Assembly (NCBI GenBank): GCA_965203905.1
Contig: CBDBDQ010000005.1
Span: 6,048,001 to 6,112,000 of the forward strand
Length of the DNA stretch: 64,000 bases
Reading direction: 5' to 3'
Origin: Spirochaetia bacterium
GTDB taxonomy: Bacteria > Spirochaetota > Spirochaetia > SZUA-6 > Bin103
The stretch's first letter is position 1; each line of letters starts with the position of its first letter. Position numbers and translations under genes: made by a program. This document shows positions 47,135-56,973 of this stretch, one piece after another. Under the pieces are notes generated by a model. The model did not search any database. It saw only the letters and a list, made by a program, of their open reading frames with translations, and had not been told where the DNA came from.

Positions 47135-49021
47135 TTACCGCGAGGGAGGTGGCGGCGGCAGGTAAGCGACGTCGTCGCGCCGCGCAAGGATGCCGGTGTA
47201 TCCGAGATCGCTGAGGCGGGCCAGCAACTGTGCGGCCTTGGTCCGGGTCATGTTTCCGCCCACGGCCACCCGATGGACGATGCTGCCGTCGGCGCCGCGG
47301 TAGGAGCGCGCCAACGCCGCGAACCCGGCCTCGGTGAGCTCGTGCTCCAGCTCCAGGGCATTGTCCGGATCGCGGTAGGCTCCGGTCTGCACGATGAACG
47401 CCGCGGGATCCGGCTGCGACGAGACCCGCACCTGGGGGCTGCCCGGCTTCGCGGCGGACGGTCCCGGCGTCGCGGCGGGCCGTGCCGGCGTCGCGGCGGG
47501 CCGTGCCGGCGGCCGGGGTTTGGCGGACGCTCCCAGCAAGGCCGAAAGACGCTCGGAGATCGTTTCCGCATCGCTGCCCGTGGCGACGGGCGCGGGGCGC
47601 GTGGGCTGCGACGAGACCCGCACCGGCTCGTTGGCAGCGGTACCTGCCATGTCCGGTACCACGACGCGAGCTGCGCCAGCTTGAGCCGGTACCGGCGTCG
47701 CCGTGGACCCGGTGGCTCCCTGCGCGGGCGACGAGACCACCACGACCCGCTTCGCCGCGGGCGCCGCCACGGCAGCGGCCGGCACCGTCTCGGGCACAGT
47801 CGCCACGGCTGGCGCCGGCCTGGGCTCCGGCGGCGCTACCCTCGCCACGGACTCCGTGCTCGGCGTCTCCACGGTCACCGCGGGCGCCGGCTCCGCGGCC
47901 GGCGCCACTTCCACCGCCGCCGGCTTCGCCGCCGGCGCCATCACGACCGGCGCGGGCGGGGGCTCCGGCGCAACCACCACGGCGGCCGGCTTTGCGGCCG
48001 CAGATGTCACCTCCACCGCCGGCGCCACCATCAGGTCGGTGATCGGCTTCGCCGCGGGCGGTACCGCGCGCGCCGCCGGCTCTGCCACCGGCGCGGTCTC
48101 GCGCATCGCGGCCGGCGCGGGCGGCGTCGTCGGCGTCACACCTCGCTCCGCCGGCCGCGCCAACAACATGGCCGCCGGTGGCGGGCACGGCGGTAGACAG
48201 GTGGCAACGAGAGAGCCGAGCAGCATCGCGGGCGATGGAAATGCCACCACCCGTGGCAGTCCGGCTCCTGCGTTGAGCTCGGCGGCAGCGAGGGCGTACT
48301 CGGGGCTCCGCGGGTAGCGGCTGCGCATCTGCTCCAGGATTGCCGCCGCCTCGTCGGCGCGCCCATTGGCCGCCAGCAACGACACCAGCCCATACCCGGC
48401 CACGGCCCCGGCGGCGCCGCCGTCGCCCTGCGTGCCGGAGCCGTGGAACGCGGCGCGCAGAGAAGGCTCCAGCCCCGATTGACCGAGGCCCTCACCGGAG
48501 CGCGCCAGACCGGCGTGGACGATCGGCATGCCCTCGGGGGCGGTGTCCAGCGTCACCTCGCCCAACTCCAGCAACAACGCCGCGCGGCGTTTCGAGGCGT
48601 CGGGGATGCCGGGCAGCTCCAGCGCCTGCAGCGCCTGCACCACCCCACCGCTCAGTTCCGCCAAATCAGCCGGAGCGGCGCGCAGCACGGCGATCTGATC
48701 GCTGGCCAGGCGGCCCCGGTAGCGCTCCACTACCGCATCCACCGTGGGCTGCCGTGGCGCCGCGGTTACCACCTTCAACAAGACCGGGAACATGCGCGGG
48801 TCGTCGGGGTGGTCCGCCAGCCAGGTGTCCAACAACGCCAGGGCCGCCTCCAGCTTGCCGCCGCCGGCCAGATTGGCCGCGGCGTCGCCCGGGGGCTGAG
48901 CCGCTGCGGCGGATGCCACCCCCAGGGCCGCAATCGCGACCACGACGCCCGCGACCGCCAGCGATCGCAGTGCCTGGCACCATCGCGCTCCGCACCCGCC
49001 AGTGCCACCCCGTGGGCTCAA
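47135..49021 (-). CDS. Secreted SPOR-domain protein with helical N-terminus and long Pro/Ala linker
   Basis: C-terminal FIVQTGAYRDPDNA...HRVAVG and a YPRSPEY motif; TTG start overlapping the upstream TGA. Confidence 0.8.
   Translation of the reverse strand: MSPRGGTGGCGARWCQALRSLAVAGVVVAIAALGVASAAAAQPPGDAAANLAGGGKLEAALALLDTWLADHPDDPRMFPVLLKVVTAAPRQPTVDAVVERYRGRLASDQIAVLRAAPADLAELSGGVVQALQALELPGIPDASKRRAALLLELGEVTLDTAPEGMPIVHAGLARSGEGLGQSGLEPSLRAAFHGSGTQGDGGAAGAVAGYGLVSLLAANGRADEAAAILEQMRSRYPRSPEYALAAAELNAGAGLPRVVAFPSPAMLLGSLVATCLPPCPPPAAMLLARPAERGVTPTTPPAPAAMRETAPVAEPAARAVPPAAKPITDLMVAPAVEVTSAAAKPAAVVVAPEPPPAPVVMAPAAKPAAVEVAPAAEPAPAVTVETPSTESVARVAPPEPRPAPAVATVPETVPAAAVAAPAAKRVVVVSSPAQGATGSTATPVPAQAGAARVVVPDMAGTAANEPVRVSSQPTRPAPVATGSDAETISERLSALLGASAKPRPPARPAATPARPAATPGPSAAKPGSPQVRVSSQPDPAAFIVQTGAYRDPDNALELEHELTEAGFAALARSYRGADGSIVHRVAVGGNMTRTKAAQLLARLSDLGYTGILARRDDVAYLPPPPPSR
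47464..47511. repeat. 21-bp tandem repeat (2.3 copies) in the SPOR-protein linker
   Basis: CCGGCGTCGCGGCGGGCCGTG twice, then CCGGCG; encodes PARPAAT. Confidence 0.85.
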
Positions 49022-49440
49022 TCCTGCGCCTCTTTGCGCCGCCGCCCTCCGAACCACCGCCGTCGGGCCTTGCCGCCGGGCGGCTCGTCGCGCTGTTCCA
49101 CACGGTCCTCTCCGTCACCTTCCGCCGGCGACTCGGGCGTCGCCGCCGCGTCGTCGGTGCGGGGAGCGTCCTCCGCCGCCGTTGCAGCGCCGAGCTGCGG
49201 CGCGGGAGGGAGCGCCCGCGGCGCGGCCCGGTGACGCGGCAAGGTGAGCAGCACCGCCAGCACCGCCCCGAGCGTGAACGCGATGAGGCTGGTCAGGAAT
49301 ACCGGGACGGCGGCAAAGGTATGGAAGCCGAACGAGACGTCCGAACGATGGTCGAGATTCAGCGCCGAATAGGCGGTGACAACGATCAGGAGGCCGATGA
49401 ATCCGAACACCCTCCACGGCACTGGCTGGCGCTGTTTCAC
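49018..49440 (-). CDS. Small membrane protein, LapA/DUF1049-like
   Basis: Two TM segments separated by NLDHRSDVSFGF...VPVFL. Confidence 0.7.
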   Translation of the reverse strand: MKQRQPVPWRVFGFIGLLIVVTAYSALNLDHRSDVSFGFHTFAAVPVFLTSLIAFTLGAVLAVLLTLPRHRAAPRALPPAPQLGAATAAEDAPRTDDAAATPESPAEGDGEDRVEQRDEPPGGKARRRWFGGRRRKEAQD

Positions 49441-49488
49441 GGATTGATTATCGGCAGGTTTCGCGCGTCACCCGCGCTCGCCGCGGTG

Positions 49489-49713
49489 CTACATCCTGCG
49501 CCGCAGGTTGCGAATGAACTGGTAGACGTTGTATCCGCCCAGGCCGAGCAGCGCGACGCCGCCGAGCTTCAGCAGAGTGCTTCCCAGCCCACCGACCACG
49601 GGGATCAGGTTCACCAGGGCAGCCACCACGAACAGTCCGATCCCACCGGCAATGCCGCCCACGGCGCGTACTCCCTGCTGGGTAACTTTCTCTCTTGGTA
49701 CCAGATCACTCAC
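49489..49713 (-). CDS. Small Gly-rich membrane protein (74 aa)
   Basis: GTG start after GAGGGG; two hydrophobic segments. Confidence 0.65.
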   Translation of the reverse strand: MSDLVPREKVTQQGVRAVGGIAGGIGLFVVAALVNLIPVVGGLGSTLLKLGGVALLGLGGYNVYQFIRNLRRRM

Positions 49714-49882
49714 AGGTTCCCCCTCGTCATCCGCGCTTAAGGTAGTAGTCCGTCCTCGTCGATGTCCACTTGCGGCATTTCCCCATCCGCGCGGCGCCGC
49801 AACGCAGCTCCCGAACTTGCAGTGACGGCCCGGAATCGGTATGGTGTGGCAAGGTAAACCACGGATGCGAGGGTCCACCTGA

Positions 49883-50320
49883 ATGGCAGCCAAGCAAGTC
49901 GCCGCCAACTGCATCATCGGTGCGGGTTCGATCTTCCACGGGCGACTCGCCGTGAGCGGCTCGCTCCACATCGAAGGCAAGTTTCAGGGAGACATCTATA
50001 CCGACGGCGACGTCGTGGTGGGTCCAACCGGCCAGGCGAAAACCGACATCGCCACCCGCAAGGTGGTGGTTGCCGGTACCTTCATCGGCAATATCAACGC
50101 TTCCGAAGAAGTGTACGTGATGCAGAGCGGCAAGGTGCTCGGCAGCATCACCACCCCCAAACTCACCCTGGAGCCGGGAGTGGTAACCAGTGGTAACGTC
50201 ACCATTACCTCCGACCAGCCGGACACCGTGGTCGATACGGTGACCAGCGCTTACGGTGCCGACGCGGAAGAGGCGTTCTCCGGCAATGGCCGGCCGCTCC
50301 GCACCGACGAGGCTGGATGA
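49883..50320 (+). CDS. Bactofilin (polymer-forming cytoskeletal protein)
   Basis: IIGAGSIFHG...LHIEGKFQG...VVAG...GNI. Confidence 0.9.
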   Translation: MAAKQVAANCIIGAGSIFHGRLAVSGSLHIEGKFQGDIYTDGDVVVGPTGQAKTDIATRKVVVAGTFIGNINASEEVYVMQSGKVLGSITTPKLTLEPGVVTSGNVTITSDQPDTVVDTVTSAYGADAEEAFSGNGRPLRTDEAG

Positions 50321-51141
50321 GTCGACGCGGTCGCTCGGTGACCGGGAAGCGAACCAAAGCCGATGCACCGGCCGCGCCCGGCGGCCATGGATTCCGCGGC
50401 CGGAGTCTCAAGAGCGGCCACGACATCGGCCGCATTCGGGAGGCGGCCGCGCTCCTCAGGGAGACGCTCGGCATGTTGCGCGGCCACGTCGGACCGGGGG
50501 TGAGCACGCGCCACCTCAATGACCTGGCCGCCGACCATCTCGCCGCGCGCGGCGCACGCCCATCGTTCTTCGGCTACATGGACTATCCCGCCGCGATGTG
50601 CATCTCGATCAATGACGAGGTGATCCACGGCATCCCCGGCAGACGCCGTCTGCGCGACGGCGACATCGTCGGACTCGATCTCGGAGTGGAGATCGACGGC
50701 TACTTCGCCGACGCGGCCCTGACCGTGCCCGTCGGCCGCATCCCCGCCGAGTTGCAGCGCCTGCTGGAAACCACGCGGGAGTGTCTCCGCCTCGGCATCG
50801 CCCAGGCGGTGGCGGGCAACCGGGTCAGCGACGTATCGCGCGCCATCTACCACCACGCCAGGAACGCCGGCTATGGCGTCGTGCGTCAGTTCTGCGGCCA
50901 CGGCCTCGGCTTCGCCGTGCACGAGGAGCCTCAGGTCCCCAACTATCCGGGTTCCGGGGAAAACCCGCGCCTCAAGCCGGGCATGGTGCTTGCCGTGGAA
51001 CCGATGCTCAACGCGGGAACCGGAGAGATCTCCGTGCTGGCGGACGGCTGGACCGTCGTGACCGGCGACGGCCGGCCCTCGGCCCACTTCGAGCATACGA
51101 TCGCCATCTTCAAGGACCGTACGGAAGTCCTTACCGCCTGA
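50317..51141 (+). CDS. map: Methionine aminopeptidase type I
   Basis: SINDEVIHGIP, DLG...D, GHGLG..VHEEP, AVEPM and SAHFEHT. Confidence 0.96.
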   Translation: MSRRGRSVTGKRTKADAPAAPGGHGFRGRSLKSGHDIGRIREAAALLRETLGMLRGHVGPGVSTRHLNDLAADHLAARGARPSFFGYMDYPAAMCISINDEVIHGIPGRRRLRDGDIVGLDLGVEIDGYFADAALTVPVGRIPAELQRLLETTRECLRLGIAQAVAGNRVSDVSRAIYHHARNAGYGVVRQFCGHGLGFAVHEEPQVPNYPGSGENPRLKPGMVLAVEPMLNAGTGEISVLADGWTVVTGDGRPSAHFEHTIAIFKDRTEVLTA

Positions 51142-51171
51142 CGGGTCGAGTCGCCACGGCCTCGGTCCAAC

Positions 51172-52320
51172 TTACTCCCAGTTCCAGGTGCCGAAATTGC
51201 CGTCCACCTTGTCGACGTCGAGGCTGGAGAGCCCGGCAACGGCCGCGCCGGCAAAGACGATCCTGCTGCGACGCCCGCCGTCGAAATACTCGAACTGCGC
51301 GAATCCCGTGATGTGGGCCTCGTAGAGCTGGCTGGTAATGCGCGGCCCGCGTTCCGCCCGATCGGCTGCTCCATCCTGGAACTGGTAGAAACCGAAACCC
51401 CTGGTTCCGATCAGGATGGTGTCTGCGATTTGTGTGAACAGGGTGAGCGGCACGGCGTCCGCGTCGTCCATGGGAGGTTCGATCCGCGCCGAATCCCAAC
51501 TCTCGCCGTCCTCGGAAGAGTGAATCCGACCGCTCTCGTCGGCCACGTACAATCGATCGCCGGCGTCGTTGCGCCACACCCCGCGCAGCCGGCCGGAGCC
51601 GTCAGGCTGCGCGGCCGCGGGTTCCACGTCGTTCAGCACGCTTCCTCGAAGCAGCCGGTCGCCAACCGTCACCCAATACTCACCGAACGCGTGGGTGGCA
51701 TCGAAGGGATGTCCGGACACGTCCTGCAAGACCTCCAACGGTTCGAAGTTCGAGCAGCCCCGGACCGACCAGTACACCCGATACGCCGTCGCATCTTCCT
51801 GCGGCTGGGTAACGGCCAGAATCTCCGTCTCGTCGCCGGTGCCCGGAATCGTGAATACGCGCAGCACCTGCTCGGTGTCGGGCACTCCGGAGGCTCGACC
51901 CCAGGCGGGCGATTCGCCCGCCTGGGCGTAGTACACGCCGCGCACGGTGCCCGCGCACAGCGTGTCACCGGCGGTCGCAAGCCCGACGACCAGCAACTGC
52001 GCCAGCTCGGCGCCGGACCCGTCCCGCGACGGGCGGGTCACCGGCTGCCAGTTGTCTCCCGCGTGCGTTCGGCGCCACATGCCCCCGGCGGCGACGTAGA
52101 AGTGGTTGCCCGCCGACACGACCGCCGTGACCGTCGCCTCGTCGGGCAGGTTGCGGTTGCTGCGCGGGGATTCGGTCGCCAGAGTGTAGAGGATACCCGG
52201 GCCGTCGCAGCTCGCAATTGCCGCCAATACGGCGGCGGTGGCAAGAGCGCGAGCTGTTCCGAGCGGTATCCTGGTCCGCCACCGTCCGCCGCGCCTCGTC
52301 GGCACCCGCTCGCGGTCCAT
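51172..52320 (-). CDS. Hypothetical lipoprotein, probable beta-propeller
   Basis: Lipobox IASC and repeated beta-strand/Trp motifs; TGATG coupling to the upstream gene. Confidence 0.7.
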   Translation of the reverse strand: MDRERVPTRRGGRWRTRIPLGTARALATAAVLAAIASCDGPGILYTLATESPRSNRNLPDEATVTAVVSAGNHFYVAAGGMWRRTHAGDNWQPVTRPSRDGSGAELAQLLVVGLATAGDTLCAGTVRGVYYAQAGESPAWGRASGVPDTEQVLRVFTIPGTGDETEILAVTQPQEDATAYRVYWSVRGCSNFEPLEVLQDVSGHPFDATHAFGEYWVTVGDRLLRGSVLNDVEPAAAQPDGSGRLRGVWRNDAGDRLYVADESGRIHSSEDGESWDSARIEPPMDDADAVPLTLFTQIADTILIGTRGFGFYQFQDGAADRAERGPRITSQLYEAHITGFAQFEYFDGGRRSRIVFAGAAVAGLSSLDVDKVDGNFGTWNWE

Positions 52321-52979
52321 CAGAAGTGATATACCGCGGTGGCGGTAGCGGTGACGAAGTTGCCGAACAGGTGCGGGCTGTCGTTCCCCCCGCCCCATGG
52401 CGGCTCCCAGGTGAACCAGTACTCGGCGGTAACCCCGAACGACCAGTCTGAGGTAGCCCGCCACAGGAACGAGGCGCCGGGCTGCAAGGTAAAGGCGACG
52501 CTGGTCTGGTCCGCCAGTCGCATGACCATGGCGCCCAGTCCCAGCATCAAGGGGATCTCCATCTGTGGCGTACTGATCACGTAGCCGCCGCGGGCGAGAA
52601 TCGGTACCAGGTACAGCAGCGCGGCGTTGTTGGTGATCGCCAACGCCCCGCTCACCTCCATGCCGATGGTGAATGACGGATCCAGGTAGGCGTTCCAGTT
52701 CACGGCGGCCGTCCCCATGAACGAAAGGTTGGGCGAGAGTACCTGCTGGCTTTCCCGCTGATGAGTTTCCACGGGAGCGGTAGCGAGCAGCAACAGCGGC
52801 AGCCCCACGCCCACCCGCATGGACAACGTGTTGTCGCCCAGGTTGTAGCGCGGGATCGCGACCTCCACCTCCGGTTCCGATTCCTGTGACAAGAGTGCCG
52901 GCGGATACAGCGCCATCAGGCCCAGCAGGGACAACGCCAAGACGGTACCGCGCCGGAACCGCCGGGAGAGATACGACAC
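52320..52979 (-). CDS. Outer-membrane beta-barrel, TP0733-like
   Basis: Signal peptide, alternating amphipathic strands and C-terminal YHF. Confidence 0.75.
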   Translation of the reverse strand: MSYLSRRFRRGTVLALSLLGLMALYPPALLSQESEPEVEVAIPRYNLGDNTLSMRVGVGLPLLLLATAPVETHQRESQQVLSPNLSFMGTAAVNWNAYLDPSFTIGMEVSGALAITNNAALLYLVPILARGGYVISTPQMEIPLMLGLGAMVMRLADQTSVAFTLQPGASFLWRATSDWSFGVTAEYWFTWEPPWGGGNDSPHLFGNFVTATATAVYHF

Positions 52980-53041
52980 TGCGGCTAACCTACTACAGGG
53001 CGGCCGGCGGAGCCAAGCGTCCGAGCGCTCGGCGCGCTCCG

Positions 53042-53470
53042 CTAGCGTCCCTGCCGGGCCACGGTCTTTCGCACGCTGTCGAGGACCCCGTTCACGAACC
53101 GGTACGAGTCGTCATTGCCGAACTGCTTGGCCACCGCGACGCTCTCGTCGATGGTCACCTCGGCCGGTATGTCCGGCTGCCACAGCAGACAGTAGACGCC
53201 GAGCCGGAGCACCGAAAGATCCACCCGCGCCAGGCGATCGAGCTCCCAGTGCTCCAGATGGCGGTCGATCATGGTGTCGACCGCGGCCAGGTTCTCGATA
53301 CAGCCGGCGACCAGCAGGGAGGCGAACTGGAGCGTACCGCGCGGCAACTGCCGGCGCCGCTGCGGTTCGATCCACGAGTAGTCGGTCAGCTCCGCTGGCG
53401 GAGGGCGCGCGATCTCGTAGCGGTACAGGGTCTGCACGGCGATTACCCGTCCGTCGTGCCGCAATCCCAT
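53042..53470 (-). CDS. nusB: Transcription antitermination factor NusB
   Basis: WELDRLARVDLSVLRL, IDESVAVAKQF and FVNGVLD. Confidence 0.95.
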   Translation of the reverse strand: MGLRHDGRVIAVQTLYRYEIARPPPAELTDYSWIEPQRRRQLPRGTLQFASLLVAGCIENLAAVDTMIDRHLEHWELDRLARVDLSVLRLGVYCLLWQPDIPAEVTIDESVAVAKQFGNDDSYRFVNGVLDSVRKTVARQGR

Positions 53471-53483
53471 GGTTCGACAGTCG

Positions 53484-54551
53484 TTACCAGCGGAGGTTGG
53501 CGTCGAAGACACGCACTTCGGCCTGTCCTCGCAGCTCCTCGAGGGTGGCAAGCAGGGCATCCTGGTACGCCTGCGCCTGGACGCTGTTGGCCAGCAGTAC
53601 GCGGATCCGGTCGCGGACGCGGCTGTTGGACAGGGGATTCACCGGATCGTCGAGCCCCAGGATCTTGGCGTCGACCCTGTCCGTGACCTGGATGATGTGA
53701 AAGCCGACGTTGGAGCGCAAAACGCCGCTGATCTCGCCGACGTCCATGGTAAACGGAGCCTCGAAGAATTCCGGACCCAGAAGCTGGCTGGTAGCACGGT
53801 CGTCGCGCCGCAAATAGGTGCCGAAGGTGCCGCCGGCGTCGCGTGAACCGGCGTCCTCGGAGTACTCGCTTACCATGGCACCGAATCCGGCGCCGTTCTG
53901 CAGCTCGCGGTGGACCCGTTCCGCACGCTCCCGCACCGCCAGGCGTGCTGCGGCATCGGCGAGCTGACGGGTGTCGAAGTAGATGTGCTTGAACTGGACC
54001 ATGTCCGGCTGCACGAACACCGTGGTCTTGTTCGCCTCGTAGAACTCCAGCACGTCGGCATCCGTCGGCAGCGGAACGCTGCGCAGCTCGTCGCCGCGCA
54101 CCCGCGCGACGTAGCGCTGCTGGATCAACGCCTTGCGGAGCTGTTCCTGGTACTCCTGCCACGACAGACCGGTCTGGCTGACCAGTGACTGGTATTCGGT
54201 GAGTGTCAGCGGGCGCCCGAGGTTGAGACGCCAGCTCTCCTGCTGCCGGAGCTGGTCGATGCGTTCCGCCACGTCGTCGGCGGTCACCTCGATGCGAGCC
54301 TCCGCGGCGGCCTGCTCGAACAGCTTCTCGCCGACCAACAGGTCAAGAATGGAGGTCCGCTGCTGCTCCGGCACCGGCTGGCCGGTGCGCGCCTCCAGCA
54401 CCTCCAGCTGGGTACGGAGCTGGCGCACGCTGACCACGTCCAGCTTGTGCAGACGCACGGTGGCCGCCGGGCGGTCGATGGCCTGGGCCATGACCGCGGC
54501 AGGCGCCAGGATGGCAAGAATCAGAGTAAGGGCTGTCGTGCGTGCGACCAC
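53484..54551 (-). CDS. SurA/PrsA-like parvulin peptidyl-prolyl isomerase
   Basis: Signal peptide, KHI, YSED...GG and GFHII; AGGAGG SD. Confidence 0.88.
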   Translation of the reverse strand: MVARTTALTLILAILAPAAVMAQAIDRPAATVRLHKLDVVSVRQLRTQLEVLEARTGQPVPEQQRTSILDLLVGEKLFEQAAAEARIEVTADDVAERIDQLRQQESWRLNLGRPLTLTEYQSLVSQTGLSWQEYQEQLRKALIQQRYVARVRGDELRSVPLPTDADVLEFYEANKTTVFVQPDMVQFKHIYFDTRQLADAAARLAVRERAERVHRELQNGAGFGAMVSEYSEDAGSRDAGGTFGTYLRRDDRATSQLLGPEFFEAPFTMDVGEISGVLRSNVGFHIIQVTDRVDAKILGLDDPVNPLSNSRVRDRIRVLLANSVQAQAYQDALLATLEELRGQAEVRVFDANLRW

Positions 54552-54743
54552 TGCACCTCCTGTTCGCTGCCCAGAATATACTACGCCCCGCAATGTCCAG
54601 CGGCCGCGAATGTCGATTTCTTCGGCAGGGCGGACTGCCAGCGCCCCCGAAACCATCGCCCGTCGGCGTCGCTGTCGGCCCAGCCCCGTCTCCCGTACGG
54701 AGTCCTGTCGGAGCTGCGGCTGACGCGCCCGTCCGACCGACTC

Positions 54744-55547
54744 TTAGCGGAAGGAAGCCGCCAGATCGCTGAAGCCGATCTTCTCCTTCAGCTTCTTTAC
54801 GCCGGCCAGCTTGTGGTCCAGCTCCAGGCCCCTGCGGAGATGATCGGCGGCGCGCTCGTTGGCACCGCTGCTGGAATAGATCTCGGCGATCTTCTTGTGA
54901 AAGAACGCCGACTCCTTGCGTGAGATGTTGAGATCGATCAGGTCCTGAATGTGCGCGATTACCGCCGCCGCCGGCAGCAGCGGCACCATCTTGAAGCAGG
55001 TCAGGATCCGCAATCGGTCCACCACCTCCTCGATGAAATGATGGAAGTACGGCCGCTCGCGTTCGTGCAGGTAGAGACGCCGGTACAGGTCCACGGCGCG
55101 GATCAGGTCACCGCGTCGTTCGAACGCCTCCGCCAACAGGAAGGAGCAATCCATGAAGTCGGCGTGAGACATGTACTGGCGCAGGTCGATGTGCGATATC
55201 AGGAGCTGCTCGTACGTCTCCAGGGCCTCCTCGTCGTGGGAGTGCAGCAGATCGTAGAAGATCAGCCTGGTCTGGCTGACGTAGTCCGTGCGCCGCCGGC
55301 GCAGGAACTCGCGATAGTCGAAGGTGACGGTTCGGAACAGGCTGGCATGGGTACGATCGTAGTTGACGCGGCGCTGCGGGTCACTGAGCACCTCGTAGGC
55401 GTCGATCAGCGAACGCATCCGCTCCTCGGAGCCCGACGAGGCGGTGTCGGGATGAAGCTCTTTGGCGCGGCGGCGGAAGGACCGTTTGATCTCGACCGCG
55501 CTGGCCCGGGGAGAGACGCCGAGGGTCTGGTAGTAGTTCGGAGACAA
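54744..55547 (-). CDS. DnaJ-domain protein with TPR-like C-terminus
   Basis: NYYQTLGV, HPD motif and AYEVLSDP..R..YD; TTG start after GGAGGG. Confidence 0.88.
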   Translation of the reverse strand: MSPNYYQTLGVSPRASAVEIKRSFRRRAKELHPDTASSGSEERMRSLIDAYEVLSDPQRRVNYDRTHASLFRTVTFDYREFLRRRRTDYVSQTRLIFYDLLHSHDEEALETYEQLLISHIDLRQYMSHADFMDCSFLLAEAFERRGDLIRAVDLYRRLYLHERERPYFHHFIEEVVDRLRILTCFKMVPLLPAAAVIAHIQDLIDLNISRKESAFFHKKIAEIYSSSGANERAADHLRRGLELDHKLAGVKKLKEKIGFSDLAASFR

Positions 55548-55744
55548 AGTATCCCTCCGCCTCGCCGACGACCACCCCCTCCCTGGCAACCACGACGGAC
55601 CTGCCCGACAGTAACCCCTGCCGAACACCGGGTGCGACTGTAGATGAACGCTCCTGCCGTGTCAACCATCCACGCGGGGCGGCGGCCGGCGCCGGGGAGT
55701 TGCCGGGCGCTGCGTCTCGTGGTACTAGGGGGACAACTGCCGCG

Positions 55745-56518
55745 ATGCTTGGATTCCTGGTCAAGAAGGCGTTCTTCGATACCTGGGACAACCTGTTCCG
55801 GGTACTGCTCCTCAACATCGGCTTCTACGCGCCGGTCGCTCTGCTGGTGTACGCGCCACTGATCACCCCGGTTCTGCCCCTCACGCTGCTGCTCCAGGTC
55901 GTGGCGCTGGGACTGTTCTGCATCTACACCGGGGGAGCCAGTGCGGTAGCCAGCGCCATCGCCGACTATCAGTCGCCCGACTTCGCGATGTTCTGGCAGG
56001 CAATCCAGGACACGTATCCGACGACGCTGCTGTTCGCCCTGGTGAACAGCGTCTACTTCGTCATCCTCTCGGTGGCGTTTCGGGTGTACGCGGTGGTCGA
56101 CCAGCAGCTGCTCGGCTTCCTCGGCCAGGTGATTCTGCTATGGGTTACCGTGGGCTGGGTGCTGGCGGCGCAGTTCTTCTTTCCGATCCAGTCGCGCCTG
56201 GAGCGCAACCCTCGCAAGATGGTCCGCAAGATGCTGCTGCTGTTCTTTGACAACACCGGCTTCATGATCTTTCTCGCGTGCGGTGCCCTGGTGGTGGTGG
56301 CTGCATCGGTGTTCACCGGCGGCATCCTGCCGGGACTTGGCGCCGTCCTGGTGTGGCACAACGTCGCTCTCAAGTTGCGACTCTACAAGTACGACCATCT
56401 GGAGCAGCACCCGGAGTCGAACCGCAAGCAGATTCCCTGGGACGCGCTGCTGGTGGACGACCGGGATCGGGTAGGGAAGCGCACGCTGCGCGGAATGATC
56501 TTCCCGTGGAAGGAATAG
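55745..56518 (+). CDS. Conserved hypothetical membrane protein
   Basis: Multiple TM segments; MLGFLVKKAFFDTWDN...IFPWKE. Confidence 0.8.
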   Translation: MLGFLVKKAFFDTWDNLFRVLLLNIGFYAPVALLVYAPLITPVLPLTLLLQVVALGLFCIYTGGASAVASAIADYQSPDFAMFWQAIQDTYPTTLLFALVNSVYFVILSVAFRVYAVVDQQLLGFLGQVILLWVTVGWVLAAQFFFPIQSRLERNPRKMVRKMLLLFFDNTGFMIFLACGALVVVAASVFTGGILPGLGAVLVWHNVALKLRLYKYDHLEQHPESNRKQIPWDALLVDDRDRVGKRTLRGMIFPWKE

Positions 56519-56552
56519 CGGCCCGTGCAGGACTGGCAGCCGGTGGCGGCTG

Positions 56553-56966
56553 TTACGAGATGTGCAGGCGCCGGCCTACCTCTGCGGCCTCCACGTCGGA
56601 GTTCAGGACGCCGGAGTTCTTGAGGAACATCCCCTCCCCCTCCATCGCCTTCATGAGCCGCTGCAACGCCCGGTTCGAACTCAGGGTGGACTTGGACACG
56701 AACGCGTAACAGCGTTTTCCGGAGATCATCCCGGCGCCCTTCAGGTAGCGCGTCACGACCTCCGGGAGCTTGCCGGTAAAGGTGGTAATCGACTCCCCAC
56801 CGACGGCAATGTACTGGTAGATGGTCAACTTGCTGTTTACATCGTGGCCACCGTCGATCACGTCCACCTGGTGGCCCTGCTCCTGGATGCCTTTGGCCAG
56901 CGCCTGTGCCAGGCCCAGCAGGCGCTTGCGACTCTTGCCTTCGAAAAACACTACCGCGGTTCGCAT
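56553..56966 (-). CDS. Flavodoxin-like hypothetical protein
   Basis: Alpha/beta pattern LAQALAKGI...GHQVDVI; TATACT and GGAG upstream. Confidence 0.75.
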   Translation of the reverse strand: MRTAVVFFEGKSRKRLLGLAQALAKGIQEQGHQVDVIDGGHDVNSKLTIYQYIAVGGESITTFTGKLPEVVTRYLKGAGMISGKRCYAFVSKSTLSSNRALQRLMKAMEGEGMFLKNSGVLNSDVEAAEVGRRLHIS

Positions 56967-56973
56967 ACTCGGG

